Below are positions 20,601-29,899 of a stretch of DNA of 64,000 nt, one piece after another. The DNA is from Candidatus Moraniibacteriota bacterium (GTDB taxonomy: Bacteria; Patescibacteriota; Minisyncoccia; Moranbacterales; UBA1568). The stretch lies in NCBI GenBank assembly GCA_052034935.1, contig JBPOIB010000001.1:1341-65340 (forward strand), in the 5' to 3' direction. Each line of letters starts with the position of its first letter. Positions within the stretch are counted from its first letter, which is position 1. The position numbers and the translations under genes were made by a program. The notes under the pieces were generated by a model. That model was not told the DNA's origin. It did no database searches and saw nothing but the letters and a program-made list of their open reading frames with translations.

Positions 20601-21139
20601 TCATGCTCGTGCGGCTGTACTTCCAGGTAGAAATTTCCTGGGCCAAAGATTTCCTGGTACTCGAGCGCGACATTTTTGGCACGCTCGACATTGCCGTAGA
20701 GTGTCTCCGCGGGCACTTCGCCCTGAAGCGATCCCGACAGCGCGATGAGGCCTTCGTGGTACTGCCGGAGGAGTGCCTTGTCGGCGCGCGCCTTATAATA
20801 AAACCCCTCGAGCTGCGCGGTCGAGATGATTTTCATCAGATTCTTGTAACCGGTCTCATTTTTCACGAGAAGGACGAGCTGATTGCGCCGCCTATCTTCG
20901 GCGGTATTGTTTTTGCTGCGGAGATCTTTCGAGACCCAGATTTCGGCGCCGAGTATCGGCTTCAAACCGGCGTCTTTGGCATGGCTGTAAAACTCGACCG
21001 CGGCATAGAGGGCCGAGGTATCGGTGAGGGCGAGCGCTGACATGCCAAGCTCCTGTGCACGGTGAATCAGATGGTCCGGCGTCGGGAGCGCGGTGAGGAG
21101 GGTGTAGTGCGAGTGGACGTGGAGATGGACGAAACCCAT
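17663..21139 (-). CDS. dnaE: DNA polymerase III alpha subunit
   Basis: 1158 aa; PHP domain start MGFVHLHVHSHYTLL, polymerase core, HhH and C-terminal OB region. Confidence 0.9.
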   Translation of the reverse strand: MGFVHLHVHSHYTLLTALPTPDHLIHRAQELGMSALALTDTSALYAAVEFYSHAKDAGLKPILGAEIWVSKDLRSKNNTAEDRRRNQLVLLVKNETGYKNLMKIISTAQLEGFYYKARADKALLRQYHEGLIALSGSLQGEVPAETLYGNVERAKNVALEYQEIFGPGNFYLEVQPHEHENQMVANQGLVQISRETGIPLVATNDIHYIHPEDSETQDVLLAIRDNKKVTDTERFSMKSFNLSFRSEAEMRELFKDIPEACDNTEKIAAQCDFSLKMGENQLPSYPLPEGTTPDKYLRELCLAGLEKRYPGETLTPEREERMNYELSVIAGTGFASYFLIVQDFVNWAKNNGVVVGPGRGSAAGSFVAYLTGITNLDPIKYDLLFERFLNPERISMPDVDMDFADTRREDVLDYVRHRYGADHVAQIITFGTMAARGSIRDVGRALGIPLELCDRTAKMIPMFTSISEALEGVPEFKAHYEGSAEVKRLVDAAKKIEGLARHASMHACGVVITKDPVTEYTPLQRVAGSADAVVTQYASSTKANAVEKIGLLKMDFLGLKNLTIIENTLKIAKKGGKEVPDIEKLELDDEAAYKVLQDAHTTGVFQLESTGMKRYLKQLKPSVFEDIIAMVALYRPGPMEYIPDFIAGKHGTKQVQYLHPKLEPILKNTYGVAVYQEQLMQIARDLAGFSLGEADVLRKAVGKKIKELVDGQRVKFVEGCEKTGVGRAIGEKVFAFIEPFAGYGFNRSHAACYALIGYQTAYLKAHFPAEFMAALLTSDQGDTDRIAIEVRESREIGIDVLPPDVNESFDTFAVIKSTDGKEHIRFGLNAIKNVGTVAAEELVKERERGGKFTTLENFMERVQAKDLNKRTIEALAKVGAFDSISERKIVLENLDAILTHGKELRTLRETHGQSLFGDMPLPEMRIPLKESVHSTKEERLKWEKELLGLYVTDHPMTEFAEYLKKAATEIGHLEKEPDGKHVSVGGVITSARKSLSKTGQPLYFVTLEDMTGRVDLLVFGKTAERVAGLMVEDEIVMADLKITRKDGLLRLAADDVRRMSREVVNDFARVAKTHEKYQHGKTEAPKIAKEFLTVHCEDSADSKLFDTIGKTLRHLPPGPVGVSLRLLGQTIQTSFSIEKTPETIAALTALPGVTKIES

Positions 21140-21303
21140 AGAGTGTTTTTGGTTTTATTTTCGGACAATAAAAAAACTGCTTTGAGGCAGTAGTAGAAAT
21201 GTGGAAAGACGATAGTTCATAGGTGTATTTCTCTCCGTCGCCGGCTTGCGCACGAGGCTTGGGCAGAGAAGATTACTCCTTCACTATAACGCTTTATAGG
21301 TAA

Positions 21304-21333
21304 TAAAAAAAGCTATCCACGGACCGGGATAGC
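21304..21333 (-). terminator. minus-strand intrinsic terminator (gctatcc-acggaccg-ggatagc, A-run on + strand = U-run on transcript)
   Basis: 7-bp stem followed (on - strand) by T7, ~35 nt downstream of the 21369 gene end; a second weaker hairpin+T-run lies at ~21171-21200. Confidence 0.4.
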
Positions 21334-21368
21334 GTCGGTTGTCTCACATTGTGGACGGGTTTGCTGGC

Positions 21369-21704
21369 TTACTCCGCCCGGATCTCCTCGTACGAGGGGA
21401 GGTTGGATAGCGCTGCCGGGGCGCTCATGATAGACCAGCGGCGACGGAGCAGTCTTTTCAGCAGAGCGGTGTAGATGTTTCCTGGTGAAATCGTTTCCCA
21501 GAAAAACTGCTTCACCAGCTCGGCCATCTGCGGAACGCTCAGCCAAAGCTGCACAACCTCGACTTCGCCAGGCTTCCCTGCCTCGGTGCACTGAGTGACG
21601 CCGATACAGAGCATCGTTCCACTGACTTCGTACCCCTTCCCTGACAGGTTACCCAGACGAATCTGGGAACCGGCGGTGGTGTCGAAGATAAAGGACTGTG
21701 ACAT
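21369..21704 (-). CDS. hypothetical protein (111 aa)
   Basis: Start taken at MSQSF (residue 22 of track ORF 21369..21767); own downstream terminator; no motif recognised. Confidence 0.4.
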   Translation of the reverse strand: MSQSFIFDTTAGSQIRLGNLSGKGYEVSGTMLCIGVTQCTEAGKPGEVEVVQLWLSVPQMAELVKQFFWETISPGNIYTALLKRLLRRRWSIMSAPAALSNLPSYEEIRAE

Positions 21705-21979
21705 GGTGCTCTCCTCAGAGCTGGGAAGTTCCGGAATGGACCTTCTACCAGGTAAACAGTATAGCATAAAAAATGATTCAAGTCAATAGTGAAACAGGGG
21801 TATTTTTTGGTGAGAGAAAGCCATTTTTTGCCTTCATGTCAACAGGTCACTCCTGATTTTTGAACTTGAAGTGAATCTGAAAGAGAGAAACTTTTACGTT
21901 ATAAAAAAGAATCTCCTCGCCATGCAGTGCAGAGCGAGGAGGAGTGGCATGGTTCTGGCGAGGGCCGGTGGCCGGCGCG

Positions 21980-22321
21980 TTACCGGATGAATTCGGTGAT
22001 CATGTCGCGATACCTGATGTGCAGGGAGATCTGCGCGGTTTGGCGACTGAAGGCGAGCAAGCCTTCTTTTTCCATTGCTTCGATCCCGGCCAGCATCTGT
22101 GGTTGGGTGATCTGGACGAGATGAGCATTGCCCTGGAGGACGCTGGTGACCTCCAGGTTGACCTGGATGGCAGCGGGAAACCGTACGCCGCCGTCTTCCT
22201 GGACGGTGACGAATCGGGCCAACATCGCGGCGATCCACTGGGTCTCCGGCGTGTCGAGCAGCCTGGTCCAGGTTGCCGGATCTTCGAGGAGCTTTTTCAG
22301 TTCCTCAGGTGTTTTGAGCAT
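21980..22321 (-). CDS. hypothetical protein (113 aa)
   Basis: ATG preceded by aagagga SD; downstream 8-bp hairpin (ctcctcgc...gcgaggag) + T-run on minus strand at ~21905-21945; overlapping + strand ORF 21944..22348 judged spurious. Confidence 0.45.
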   Translation of the reverse strand: MLKTPEELKKLLEDPATWTRLLDTPETQWIAAMLARFVTVQEDGGVRFPAAIQVNLEVTSVLQGNAHLVQITQPQMLAGIEAMEKEGLLAFSRQTAQISLHIRYRDMITEFIR

Positions 22322-22475
22322 GGGATCCTCTTTGCAGTTGTGCCCTGACCGAGGGCGGGTGAGGTTCTTTAAGCCAAAGGAACGTTCCGTAAGGTCTCAA
22401 TACGGAAAAAATACTATACTACACTCTTTGAAAATTAGCAAGAGAAGCGACGAAAAATACGGAGCCGTCTATACT

Positions 22476-23195
22476 ATGTTTACGTATATGCAACTCCCGA
22501 CTTTTGAACTTGAGGCGAAGCTCGCTGTGCAGGGGATTATCCCGATCGGGATTGATGAAGCCGGCCGGGGGCCGCTCGCTGGACCGGTGGTGGCTGCCGC
22601 TGTTCTCTTTAAGTCAGGTGACTTCAAAATCCCTGAGGGGAGAGAAAAAGAATTCACACTCATCCGAGACTCGAAGAAGCTTTCGGAAAAGCAGCGCGAG
22701 ACGGCCTTTGCGCTCGTCCAGGAATTCTTTCATGTCGGTGTCGGGATCATTTCTGCCGAGACGATCGATCGGGTAAATATCCTCCAAGCAACCTTTCTCG
22801 CGATGAAGGCCGCGCTTTCTAATCTGGAACGAGTGGCTGGCCTTCGCGGCAAAGAGTCTTCGCTTGTCCTCCTCATCGATGGTAATCAGGAACTCCCAAA
22901 TCTCTCGCTGAGACAGGAAACGGTCGTCGAAGGAGATGGCAAAGTAAAGTCGATCGCCGCTGCCTCCATCATCGCCAAAGTGACGCGTGACCGGCTGATT
23001 ATTCTCGCTGACCACGAATATCCAGCGTATGGCTTCGCCCGGCACAAAGGGTATGGGACCAAGGAGCACATGGAGGCGCTTCGCAAATACGGTCCGACGC
23101 CAATCCACCGTAAGAGCTTTCGCCCCGTCCAATTGGCCAATCCCGAAATCGTGAATAAGCGGTTTTCGAATGTGTTGAAACCGAAGAAGAAATAG
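22476..23195 (+). CDS. rnhB: ribonuclease HII
   Basis: ATG at residue 117 of track ORF; catalytic GIDEAGRGPLAGPVV motif, ~239 aa. Confidence 0.85.
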   Translation: MFTYMQLPTFELEAKLAVQGIIPIGIDEAGRGPLAGPVVAAAVLFKSGDFKIPEGREKEFTLIRDSKKLSEKQRETAFALVQEFFHVGVGIISAETIDRVNILQATFLAMKAALSNLERVAGLRGKESSLVLLIDGNQELPNLSLRQETVVEGDGKVKSIAAASIIAKVTRDRLIILADHEYPAYGFARHKGYGTKEHMEALRKYGPTPIHRKSFRPVQLANPEIVNKRFSNVLKPKKK

Positions 23196-23217
23196 AAATG
23201 AGGAGTAGAATTACTGT

Positions 23218-23856
23218 ATGAAAAACAACGTTGATCATTCTGCAAAGATTATCTGGGACTATATGCTTATGCATCATGTGCTCAGGCCTATGGATGCTAT
23301 TTTTGCCTTGGGTTCCAATGATCTGCGAGTAGCAGACCGGGCGGCTGAACTTTTTCTAGAGGGCTATGGTCAGTATGTTATTTGTGCCGGCGGAAATGGA
23401 AAGGCTTCTGATTTTTCAAAACCTGAAGCAGAAGTCTTCGCTGAAGTTTTGATTCATCGTGGTGTTCCCAAAAATAAGATTATAATGGAATCTAAGTCCA
23501 CTAATACAGGGGAGAATGTTATATTCGTAAAAAAATTGGTAGATGAAAACAGCCTTGGTTTCAAATCATTTCTTCTGGTACAGAAACCGTATATGGAACG
23601 GCGGACGTTTGCTACTTTTCGAAAACAGTGGCCAGAGGCGGATTGCCTGGTAACTTCACCCAAAATTTCTTACAAAGATTACGCTGCTGACCCAGTTTTT
23701 AAAGAAAGATTTATCAATGTTATGGTGGGGGATTTGCAGCGAATCAAAGAATATCCCAAGCAAGGTTTTCAAATCGAGCAAGATATTCCGGCGGAAGTGT
23801 GGCAAGCTTGGGAGGTATTAACCGCCCTTGGATACACCAAGTATTTCCTTAAATAA
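23218..23856 (+). CDS. DUF218/YdcF-ElyC-SanA-family protein
   Basis: 212 aa; family-like segments ALGSNDLRVADRAAEL, ICAGGNG, TNTGENVIF; noticeably lower GC than flanking rnhB/rpmF. Confidence 0.55.
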   Translation: MKNNVDHSAKIIWDYMLMHHVLRPMDAIFALGSNDLRVADRAAELFLEGYGQYVICAGGNGKASDFSKPEAEVFAEVLIHRGVPKNKIIMESKSTNTGENVIFVKKLVDENSLGFKSFLLVQKPYMERRTFATFRKQWPEADCLVTSPKISYKDYAADPVFKERFINVMVGDLQRIKEYPKQGFQIEQDIPAEVWQAWEVLTALGYTKYFLK

Positions 23857-23961
23857 GCCCTTGGATAGCCTGGATATTGCCAAGAATCGGGTGCTCTGAT
23901 ACAGTGTGGAGGCCTTCTGAAAGGCTTTTTTGTAATGAATCCTCGCTAGCCCGCCAATCCT

Positions 23962-24165
23962 ATGGCTCTCCCCAAACAACGACATACCCATCATCGCCGC
24001 GACCGAGCGCGCAGATTCCTCGAAATGAAGCCCGTTTCGACGACCAAGTGCCCAAAGTGTGGCGCCGAAGCGATGCCTCACCGGGCCTGCAAAGAGTGCG
24101 GCTCCTACAAGGGTCGCGAAGTGGTGAATACCGCACCGAAACTGAAGAAGGAAAAGGCCGCGTAA
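23962..24165 (+). CDS. rpmF: 50S ribosomal protein L32
   Basis: 67 aa; MALPKQRHTHHRRDRAR N-terminus and CPKCG...CKECG zinc ribbon typical of bL32. Confidence 0.8.
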   Translation: MALPKQRHTHHRRDRARRFLEMKPVSTTKCPKCGAEAMPHRACKECGSYKGREVVNTAPKLKKEKAA

Positions 24166-24247
24166 GCGGTTTTTTCTTTTAGCTGGTTTTGTCTTTGGGT
24201 TGATATGCTATACTGTAGGACAAAAGCATAAAAAGTTTCTTACCACC

Positions 24248-24808
24248 ATGGCCAATCGACACCTTCAGCGTTCCGTCGTCATGCAGTCTCTCTTCGAGTG
24301 GGATTTTCAGGGGCGTCATGACGAACGAGCGCTCGCTATCCTCCGGAAGAACGTCGAGGAATTCGCCCCTGGTCTCGAGGACTACGCGTTCGCGCGCCGG
24401 GTGATGGAAAGTGTCCTCGAACATCGGCCGACTATCGACCAGCTCATCGAGAAATGTGCACCCGAATGGCCGCTCGAACAGGTGACCGTCATTGACCGCA
24501 ATATTCTCCGGCTCGGCATTTCCGAACTTATGTTCGGCAATTACGACGAGGTGCCGCCGAAAGTCGCCATCAACGAAGCGATTGAGCTCGGGAAAAGCTT
24601 CGGCTCCGATGCCACCCCGCGTTTCGTCAACGGTGTACTCGGGACGATTTACCGTGAGATGGGAGAACCGATGAAGGATGATACCAGTGAGAAGCACAAA
24701 GCTGAACGTGAGAAGCGCGAAGCGGCTGCCGGGACTGATACCGAAATCGAACCTGCCGAGAAACCAGAAAAGAAACCAAGGAAAAAAGCCGTGAAGAGCA
24801 CCGAGTAG
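24248..24808 (+). CDS. nusB: transcription antitermination factor NusB with acidic/basic C-terminal tail
   Basis: ATG at residue 17 of track ORF; NusB-fold helices (RHLQRSVVMQSLFEW...VIDRNILRLGISELMF...DATPRFVNGVLGTI). Confidence 0.8.
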   Translation: MANRHLQRSVVMQSLFEWDFQGRHDERALAILRKNVEEFAPGLEDYAFARRVMESVLEHRPTIDQLIEKCAPEWPLEQVTVIDRNILRLGISELMFGNYDEVPPKVAINEAIELGKSFGSDATPRFVNGVLGTIYREMGEPMKDDTSEKHKAEREKREAAAGTDTEIEPAEKPEKKPRKKAVKSTE

Positions 24809-24845
24809 GTGCTTTTCTTCGAAAGATTTGAAAGAACCGAACCCT

Positions 24846-25538
24846 ATGGTATTTGATGCACAGAAAATCAAAGCGACGCTCGGGATCACGATGCACAATC
24901 ATGCGCTCTTTCATGAGGCCGTGACGCATCGTTCGTATCTAAACGAAAACAAGAGTCATCCGGTTCCACACAATGAGCGGCTGGAGTTTTTGGGTGATGC
25001 CGTGCTCGAGCTCGCCGTGACTGAACGGCTCTTCGCTGATTTCCCTGACCGTCCCGAGGGCGAATTGACCGCGCTTCGGGCGGCGCTCGTGAATAGCGAC
25101 ATGCTCTCGAAGGTCGGCCGCGATCTCGGCATCGACGAATTCCTTCTCATGAGCCGCGGCGAAGCCAAGGACACGGGCCGGGCGCGGGCATTTCTCATCG
25201 CCAATGCGGTCGAGGCGGTCATCGGAGCACTCTATCTTGACCAGGGCTATGATGCTTCTCGGACCTTCATCGAGGAACGGGTGCTGACGCGGATTCAAGA
25301 GGTGCTCGATGCCAAGCTCTATACCGACCCGAAAAGCCGTTTCCAGGAAATCGCCCAAGAAAAGCTCGGGTTGACGCCGCAGTACCGGGTGCTCCGTGAA
25401 TCCGGGCCGGACCATGATCGTCGCTTCGTCGCCGGGGCTTATGTCGGGGATGAACTCGTTGCCGAGGGCGAGGGACTATCCAAACAGGAGGCTCAGCGGA
25501 ATGCCGCCAAGAATGGTCTCGAAAAGAAGGGTTGGTAA
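24846..25538 (+). CDS. rnc: ribonuclease III
   Basis: RNase III signature ERLEFLGDAVLELAV, C-terminal dsRBD; track ORF starts at TTG 24828, ATG at 24846 aligns better with RNase III N-termini. Confidence 0.85.
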   Translation: MVFDAQKIKATLGITMHNHALFHEAVTHRSYLNENKSHPVPHNERLEFLGDAVLELAVTERLFADFPDRPEGELTALRAALVNSDMLSKVGRDLGIDEFLLMSRGEAKDTGRARAFLIANAVEAVIGALYLDQGYDASRTFIEERVLTRIQEVLDAKLYTDPKSRFQEIAQEKLGLTPQYRVLRESGPDHDRRFVAGAYVGDELVAEGEGLSKQEAQRNAAKNGLEKKGW

Positions 25539-25590
25539 GTAAGTCTAGGGTTACTTACCCTGCGTGCCGCCGAGGATAGTCTGATGCAAC

Positions 25591-25618
25591 GGAGGCTCGA
25601 TCAGCCTCTTTTTCTTTT
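25591..25618 (+). terminator. rho-independent terminator (ggaggct-cgatc-agcctct + ttttctttt)
   Basis: 7-bp stem and U-rich tail 53 nt after rnc stop. Confidence 0.55.
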
Positions 25619-25691
25619 GACCCGGGAAAAGCTATACTGAAGCAAGTAGTTGAAGGGCCTGGAATCCGCCCATTTTTCTCCTTATTTTTTC

Positions 25692-27992
25692 ATGTATCTC
25701 AAGAAGCTCGAACTGAATGGTTTCAAGTCTTTTGCCACGAAGACCGTTTTGGATTTTCTCCCAGACTGTGACATCTCGAATGGTGGCAAGTGCGGCATCA
25801 CGGCGATTGTCGGTCCCAACGGCTCCGGCAAGTCGAACGTGGCAGATGCAATCCGTTGGGCGATCGGCGAGCAGTCATCCAAGAATCTGCGCGGCAAGAA
25901 GTCCGAAGATGTTATCTTTGCTGGGACCGAAGGAAAATCGAAACTCGGTTCCGCGACGGTGACGTTGTATTTTGATAATACTGACAAACGAATTCCAATC
26001 GAGTTCGCGGAGGTGGCGATTACGCGCAAAGTATTCCGTGACGGTGTCGGCGAATACTTTATCAATGGCTCACGTGTTCGGTTACTCGATGTGATTGATC
26101 TCTTGGCCAAAGCTGGTGTAGGAAAAGACAGCTACTGTGTCATCAATCAGGGAATGAGTGATGCCGTATTGAACGCGACACCCATCGAGCGACGAGCGAT
26201 TTTCGAAGATGCGGCTGGCGTGAAACAGTATCAGATCGAAAAGGAGCGGGCGCTTCGAAAACTCGAGAGCACCAAGGAGAATCTGGCTCGTGTCGATACA
26301 CTGACGGCTGAGATCGAGCCGCACCTGAAGAATCTGCGCCGCCAGGCCGAAAAGGCCGGACAAGCTAAAGATATCGCCGCCCGGCTGCGGTCGAAACAGA
26401 CACTTCTCTATAGCTATCTCTGGCATCTTTTTACCGAAGAGCGCGGCGGACTGCTCGCACGGCGGGCAGGGATCGAGGTCGCGATCGGGACGTTTGAAAA
26501 CGATGTGAATACGCTTCGCGAAGAGACGAAGCAGGCCTCGGCCGCGATGGAGACGAATGAGACCGAGGACAAGATGGAACAGGAGATTCAGACGCTTCGC
26601 ACGGCGCTCAATCAACTGCTCCGTGAGGCGAGCGTACTTGAAGGCCGGAAAGAGATTGAGCTTGAGAAGCGGAAAGAACGCGAAGAAATTGAAATCATCC
26701 CGGTCGATCTCCATTTCGTGCAGGCTCGTCTTGAAGAGGTCGGCACGCTCCAGCTCGAGCTTATCGACAAACTGTCGCATGTGGAAAAGCTTGAAGATCT
26801 CCAGGATATCAAGGAATTTGCGACTGTTATCCGTCAGCGGATCGCCGACCTCCGCGCTCAGGCGGGCGAGGGAAGTGTGAAGATGAAGAAGGTGTTTGCC
26901 GTGCCGGATGAAGAGCGTCGGGCGAGCGATGAACGCTTGGCTGCCCTCGAGTCTGAGCTTGCGCTGTTGAAAGAGTCCATTGCTGAGAAAGAAGCGGAGA
27001 TTGTAGGGAAGCAGGGGGCGCTTACGGAAATCCGAGAGGCTGGCCGAACGGAGCGTGAGACGTTCTTCGCTAAAGAGCGGAGTCTACGCGAAAAGGAACA
27101 TCTTCTCAATGTGAAGAAGGATGAGCTCAATGAATTGAAAGTCGGGCTGGCCCGCGTGGAAGTCCGGGAGGAGGACCTGACGGCACTCGTCCGTGAAGAA
27201 CTCTCGATCCCGCCGGAACAGCTTTCTTATGACGGTACGCTGGTCGAGCGTGAGAAGCTGGAGCGCGAAGTGGCGCGCCTCAAAGTCGAAGTGGAGCATG
27301 TTGGCACGATTGACCCGCTCATCGTGGACGAATTCCAAGAGACCGAGAAGCGTTTCGTGTTCCTCACGACAGAGTCGCAAGACCTGAAACGGGCGATTGA
27401 ATCGCTTAAAGAGGTAATTCGGGAAATGGATACCAAGATCGACGCTGCGTTCCACGAAGCCTTCAAGGAAATCAATAAGCAGTTCGCTGAATACTTCAAG
27501 ATCATTTTCGGTGGTGGCAAAGCGAACCTCGAGATTGTCAAAGTGAAAGTGCGGAGAAATGCCGACGAAGCCGAAGAGAATGACGACATCGTCAATCCAG
27601 AGGCCGCGCCGGAGGCCTATGAAGTCGGGATTGAAATCGCGGCCTGTCCGCCAGGAAAGCGCATCCATAATCTCTCCATGCTTTCTGGCGGTGAACGATC
27701 GCTCACATCACTCGCCCTCCTCTTTGCGATCATTTCGCATAATCCGCCGCCGTTTGCGGTGCTTGACGAAGTGGAAGCGGCGCTCGATGAAGCCAACTCG
27801 CGCCGCTTCTCCAAAATGCTCTCCGAACTCTCTGAGCACACTCAGTTCATCGCGATCACCCATAACCGGGCGACCATGGCGCAGGCGGCACTTCTCTACG
27901 GTGTGACCATGGCGAAAGATGGCATCTCGAAGCTCCTTTCGGTCCGGCTCGATCAGATTGGTGATGGAGGGAAGGTAGTTGCTGAAAAGTAG
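25692..27992 (+). CDS. smc: SMC-family chromosome segregation ATPase (short form, ~767 aa)
   Basis: ATG at residue 15 of track ORF; N-terminal Walker A GPNGSGKSN, long coiled-coil, C-terminal ABC signature LSGGERSLTSLALLFA and Walker B AVLDEVEAALD. Confidence 0.8.
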   Translation: MYLKKLELNGFKSFATKTVLDFLPDCDISNGGKCGITAIVGPNGSGKSNVADAIRWAIGEQSSKNLRGKKSEDVIFAGTEGKSKLGSATVTLYFDNTDKRIPIEFAEVAITRKVFRDGVGEYFINGSRVRLLDVIDLLAKAGVGKDSYCVINQGMSDAVLNATPIERRAIFEDAAGVKQYQIEKERALRKLESTKENLARVDTLTAEIEPHLKNLRRQAEKAGQAKDIAARLRSKQTLLYSYLWHLFTEERGGLLARRAGIEVAIGTFENDVNTLREETKQASAAMETNETEDKMEQEIQTLRTALNQLLREASVLEGRKEIELEKRKEREEIEIIPVDLHFVQARLEEVGTLQLELIDKLSHVEKLEDLQDIKEFATVIRQRIADLRAQAGEGSVKMKKVFAVPDEERRASDERLAALESELALLKESIAEKEAEIVGKQGALTEIREAGRTERETFFAKERSLREKEHLLNVKKDELNELKVGLARVEVREEDLTALVREELSIPPEQLSYDGTLVEREKLEREVARLKVEVEHVGTIDPLIVDEFQETEKRFVFLTTESQDLKRAIESLKEVIREMDTKIDAAFHEAFKEINKQFAEYFKIIFGGGKANLEIVKVKVRRNADEAEENDDIVNPEAAPEAYEVGIEIAACPPGKRIHNLSMLSGGERSLTSLALLFAIISHNPPPFAVLDEVEAALDEANSRRFSKMLSELSEHTQFIAITHNRATMAQAALLYGVTMAKDGISKLLSVRLDQIGDGGKVVAEK

Positions 27993-27994
27993 TG

Positions 27995-28023
27995 TTGACA
28001 GTCGGAAAGAATCAGGCTAGAAT
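27995..28023 (+). promoter_or_regulatory. sigma70-like promoter TTGACA-17-TAGAAT upstream of rpsP
   Basis: Perfect -35 hexamer, 17-nt spacer, near-consensus -10, ~60 nt upstream of rpsP ATG. Confidence 0.5.
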
Positions 28024-28084
28024 GGCCTTCGTATCCTCCCTTTTGGGCGGACAGGTATCCCTTTTACGCTTTTTTAGAGAAATT

Positions 28085-28492
28085 ATGCTCGTCATTCGTC
28101 TCAACCGCTTCGGCAAGAGAAACCAGGCCCAATTCCGCGTCGTCCTCCAAGAGAAGACCAAAGCGCCGGGTCATCGCCATGTCGAAATGCTCGGCAGCCA
28201 CAATCCGCATTCCAAAGTGACCATTTTCAAGAAAGACCGCATCCTCTATTGGATCGGCCAGGGTGCTCAGCCGTCCGATCGCGTGCACAATATGCTCGTG
28301 AAGGAGGGTGTCATCGAGGGGAAGGTCATCGCCAAGCGCATGCCGCGCCCGGTGAAGAAAGAAGCTGAAAGTGCTGAGCCTGTCGAAGCAAAAGAAGCGC
28401 CGAAAGCCGAAGAGACAACGCCAGCAACTGAAGTAGTCCCAGTGGCTGAACCGGTTGCGGAAGCAGCTGTGGTCGAAGCTCCGAAGGCATAA
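28085..28492 (+). CDS. rpsP: 30S ribosomal protein S16 with Ala/Glu/Pro-rich C-terminal extension
   Basis: ATG at residue 32 of track ORF; MLVIRLNRFGKRNQAQFRVVLQE matches bS16 N-terminus. Confidence 0.85.
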   Translation: MLVIRLNRFGKRNQAQFRVVLQEKTKAPGHRHVEMLGSHNPHSKVTIFKKDRILYWIGQGAQPSDRVHNMLVKEGVIEGKVIAKRMPRPVKKEAESAEPVEAKEAPKAEETTPATEVVPVAEPVAEAAVVEAPKA

Positions 28493-28761
28493 GGCGGCTG
28501 GGGTTGACCAGAACGGTTTTCTCGGGTAAGCTAGTGTCACAACTGAATATTTCCAGAGACCTATGGTACTGGCTCATCAAGCAGGTGAGACAGATAAACC
28601 CCTAGCAGGAATCACTCAAAGCATCAGGCTTCGGTGTATTTCGGTCTCCTGGAAAGGGAGATTTTTTGTTACTCTCGCCCCGCTACAAAAGAAACTTGTA
28701 GTGGGTAATGGAGAAAAGATAGTGGTCGAGAGAATTTTGTAACGGGGTAAACACACCGCTT
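28493..28761 (+). promoter_or_regulatory. 269-nt structured leader upstream of rplJ (candidate L10(L12)4 autoregulatory leader)
   Basis: Long non-coding spacer before rplJ-rplL; position matches the known L10 leader; not verified by structure. Confidence 0.3.
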
Positions 28762-29289
28762 ATGCAGCAGAATAAATCACAGAAAACCGAGCTCATCGCC
28801 GAGGTTGCGACCAAGGCCAAGGGTTCGAAAGCACTCGTTTTCGCCAATTTCAAGGGTGTTTCCGTGAAGGACATCACCACCCTTCGCCGGACTCTCCGTG
28901 AGACGGGCTCGAGCTGGCAGGTGCTGAAGAAGACCCTCCTCAGTCGGGCGCTCGACGAGGTCGGAGTGAAGGTGGATGCGCGCAGTCTCGATGGCCAAGT
29001 CGGTGTCGCGTTTTCGAGCGATGAAGTCGCCGCCGCCAAGACGATTGCAGACTTCATCAAGGCGAACAAAGAGTCGACTCTCTCCATCGTCGGGGGAGCA
29101 CTCGGATCCGAAGCGCTTTCGGTGGATGCGGTGAAGGCTCTGGCCAAGCTGCCGTCCAAGGATGAACTTCGGGCGAAGCTCGTCGGGACCCTCCAGGCAC
29201 CAATCAGTGGTTTCGTCCGAACCCTTTCGGGCAATCTCACTGGACTGGTCCGGGTGCTCGGTGCAGTGCGCGATAGCAAGGGTGCCTAA
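28762..29289 (+). CDS. rplJ: 50S ribosomal protein L10
   Basis: 175 aa; uL10 features, followed by rplL. Confidence 0.9.
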   Translation: MQQNKSQKTELIAEVATKAKGSKALVFANFKGVSVKDITTLRRTLRETGSSWQVLKKTLLSRALDEVGVKVDARSLDGQVGVAFSSDEVAAAKTIADFIKANKESTLSIVGGALGSEALSVDAVKALAKLPSKDELRAKLVGTLQAPISGFVRTLSGNLTGLVRVLGAVRDSKGA

Positions 29290-29321
29290 TCAATTTGTAA
29301 TAACGTAATTAACGTACGCAT

Positions 29322-29723
29322 ATGTCAGAAGAAAAGAAGGAAGTCGTCGTGCCAGCCAAGTTCGAGAAGCTCGTTGCTGAAATCGAGAAGATGAGCGTGC
29401 TCGACCTCTCCGAGCTCGTAACCGTCCTCGAGGACAAGTTTGGTGTCTCCGCCGCCGCCCCGATGATGATGGGCGCTGCTCCGGCCGCCGCCGCTGAAGC
29501 CGTGGAGGAAAAGACCGACTTCGATGTCGAGCTCACCGCCGCCGGTCAGCAGAAGATCAACGCGATCAAGGCCGTTCGTGAAGTGACCGGTCTCGGTCTC
29601 AAGGAAGCCAAGGACCTCGTCGATGCCGCTCCGAAAGTTATCAAGGAGAAAGTTGCCAAGGCGGACGCCGAAGCGATGAAGAAGAAGCTCGAGGAGGCTG
29701 GTGCTACCGTCACCCTCAAATAA
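29322..29723 (+). CDS. rplL: 50S ribosomal protein L7/L12
   Basis: 133 aa; Ala-rich hinge [17 protein letters not shown] and C-terminal domain [29 protein letters not shown]. Confidence 0.9.
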   Translation: MSEEKKEVVVPAKFEKLVAEIEKMSVLDLSELVTVLEDKFGVSAAAPMMMGAAPAAAAEAVEEKTDFDVELTAAGQQKINAIKAVREVTGLGLKEAKDLVDAAPKVIKEKVAKADAEAMKKKLEEAGATVTLK

Positions 29724-29780
29724 TAACGCGAAGCGTTATCCTGAGCTTTTCGAAGGGTAATTCCTTCAAGAAATTTCAAA

Positions 29781-29807
29781 AAGACCCCGCGTGGGGTCTT
29801 TTGTTTT
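29781..29807. terminator. bidirectional intrinsic terminator (agacccc-gcgt-ggggtct flanked by A-run and T-run)
   Basis: 7-bp GC stem with T-run on + (after rplL) and A-run upstream (T-run for convergent minus-strand gene ending 29900). Confidence 0.6.
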
Positions 29808-29899
29808 GAGAAGAAATTTTGGAAAAAGAAAACCGCCGAGCGCTTGGGTGCAAGCATTCGGCGATTCGTTCGGTTGGCGAGACTGTTGGCTGGAGGGGG

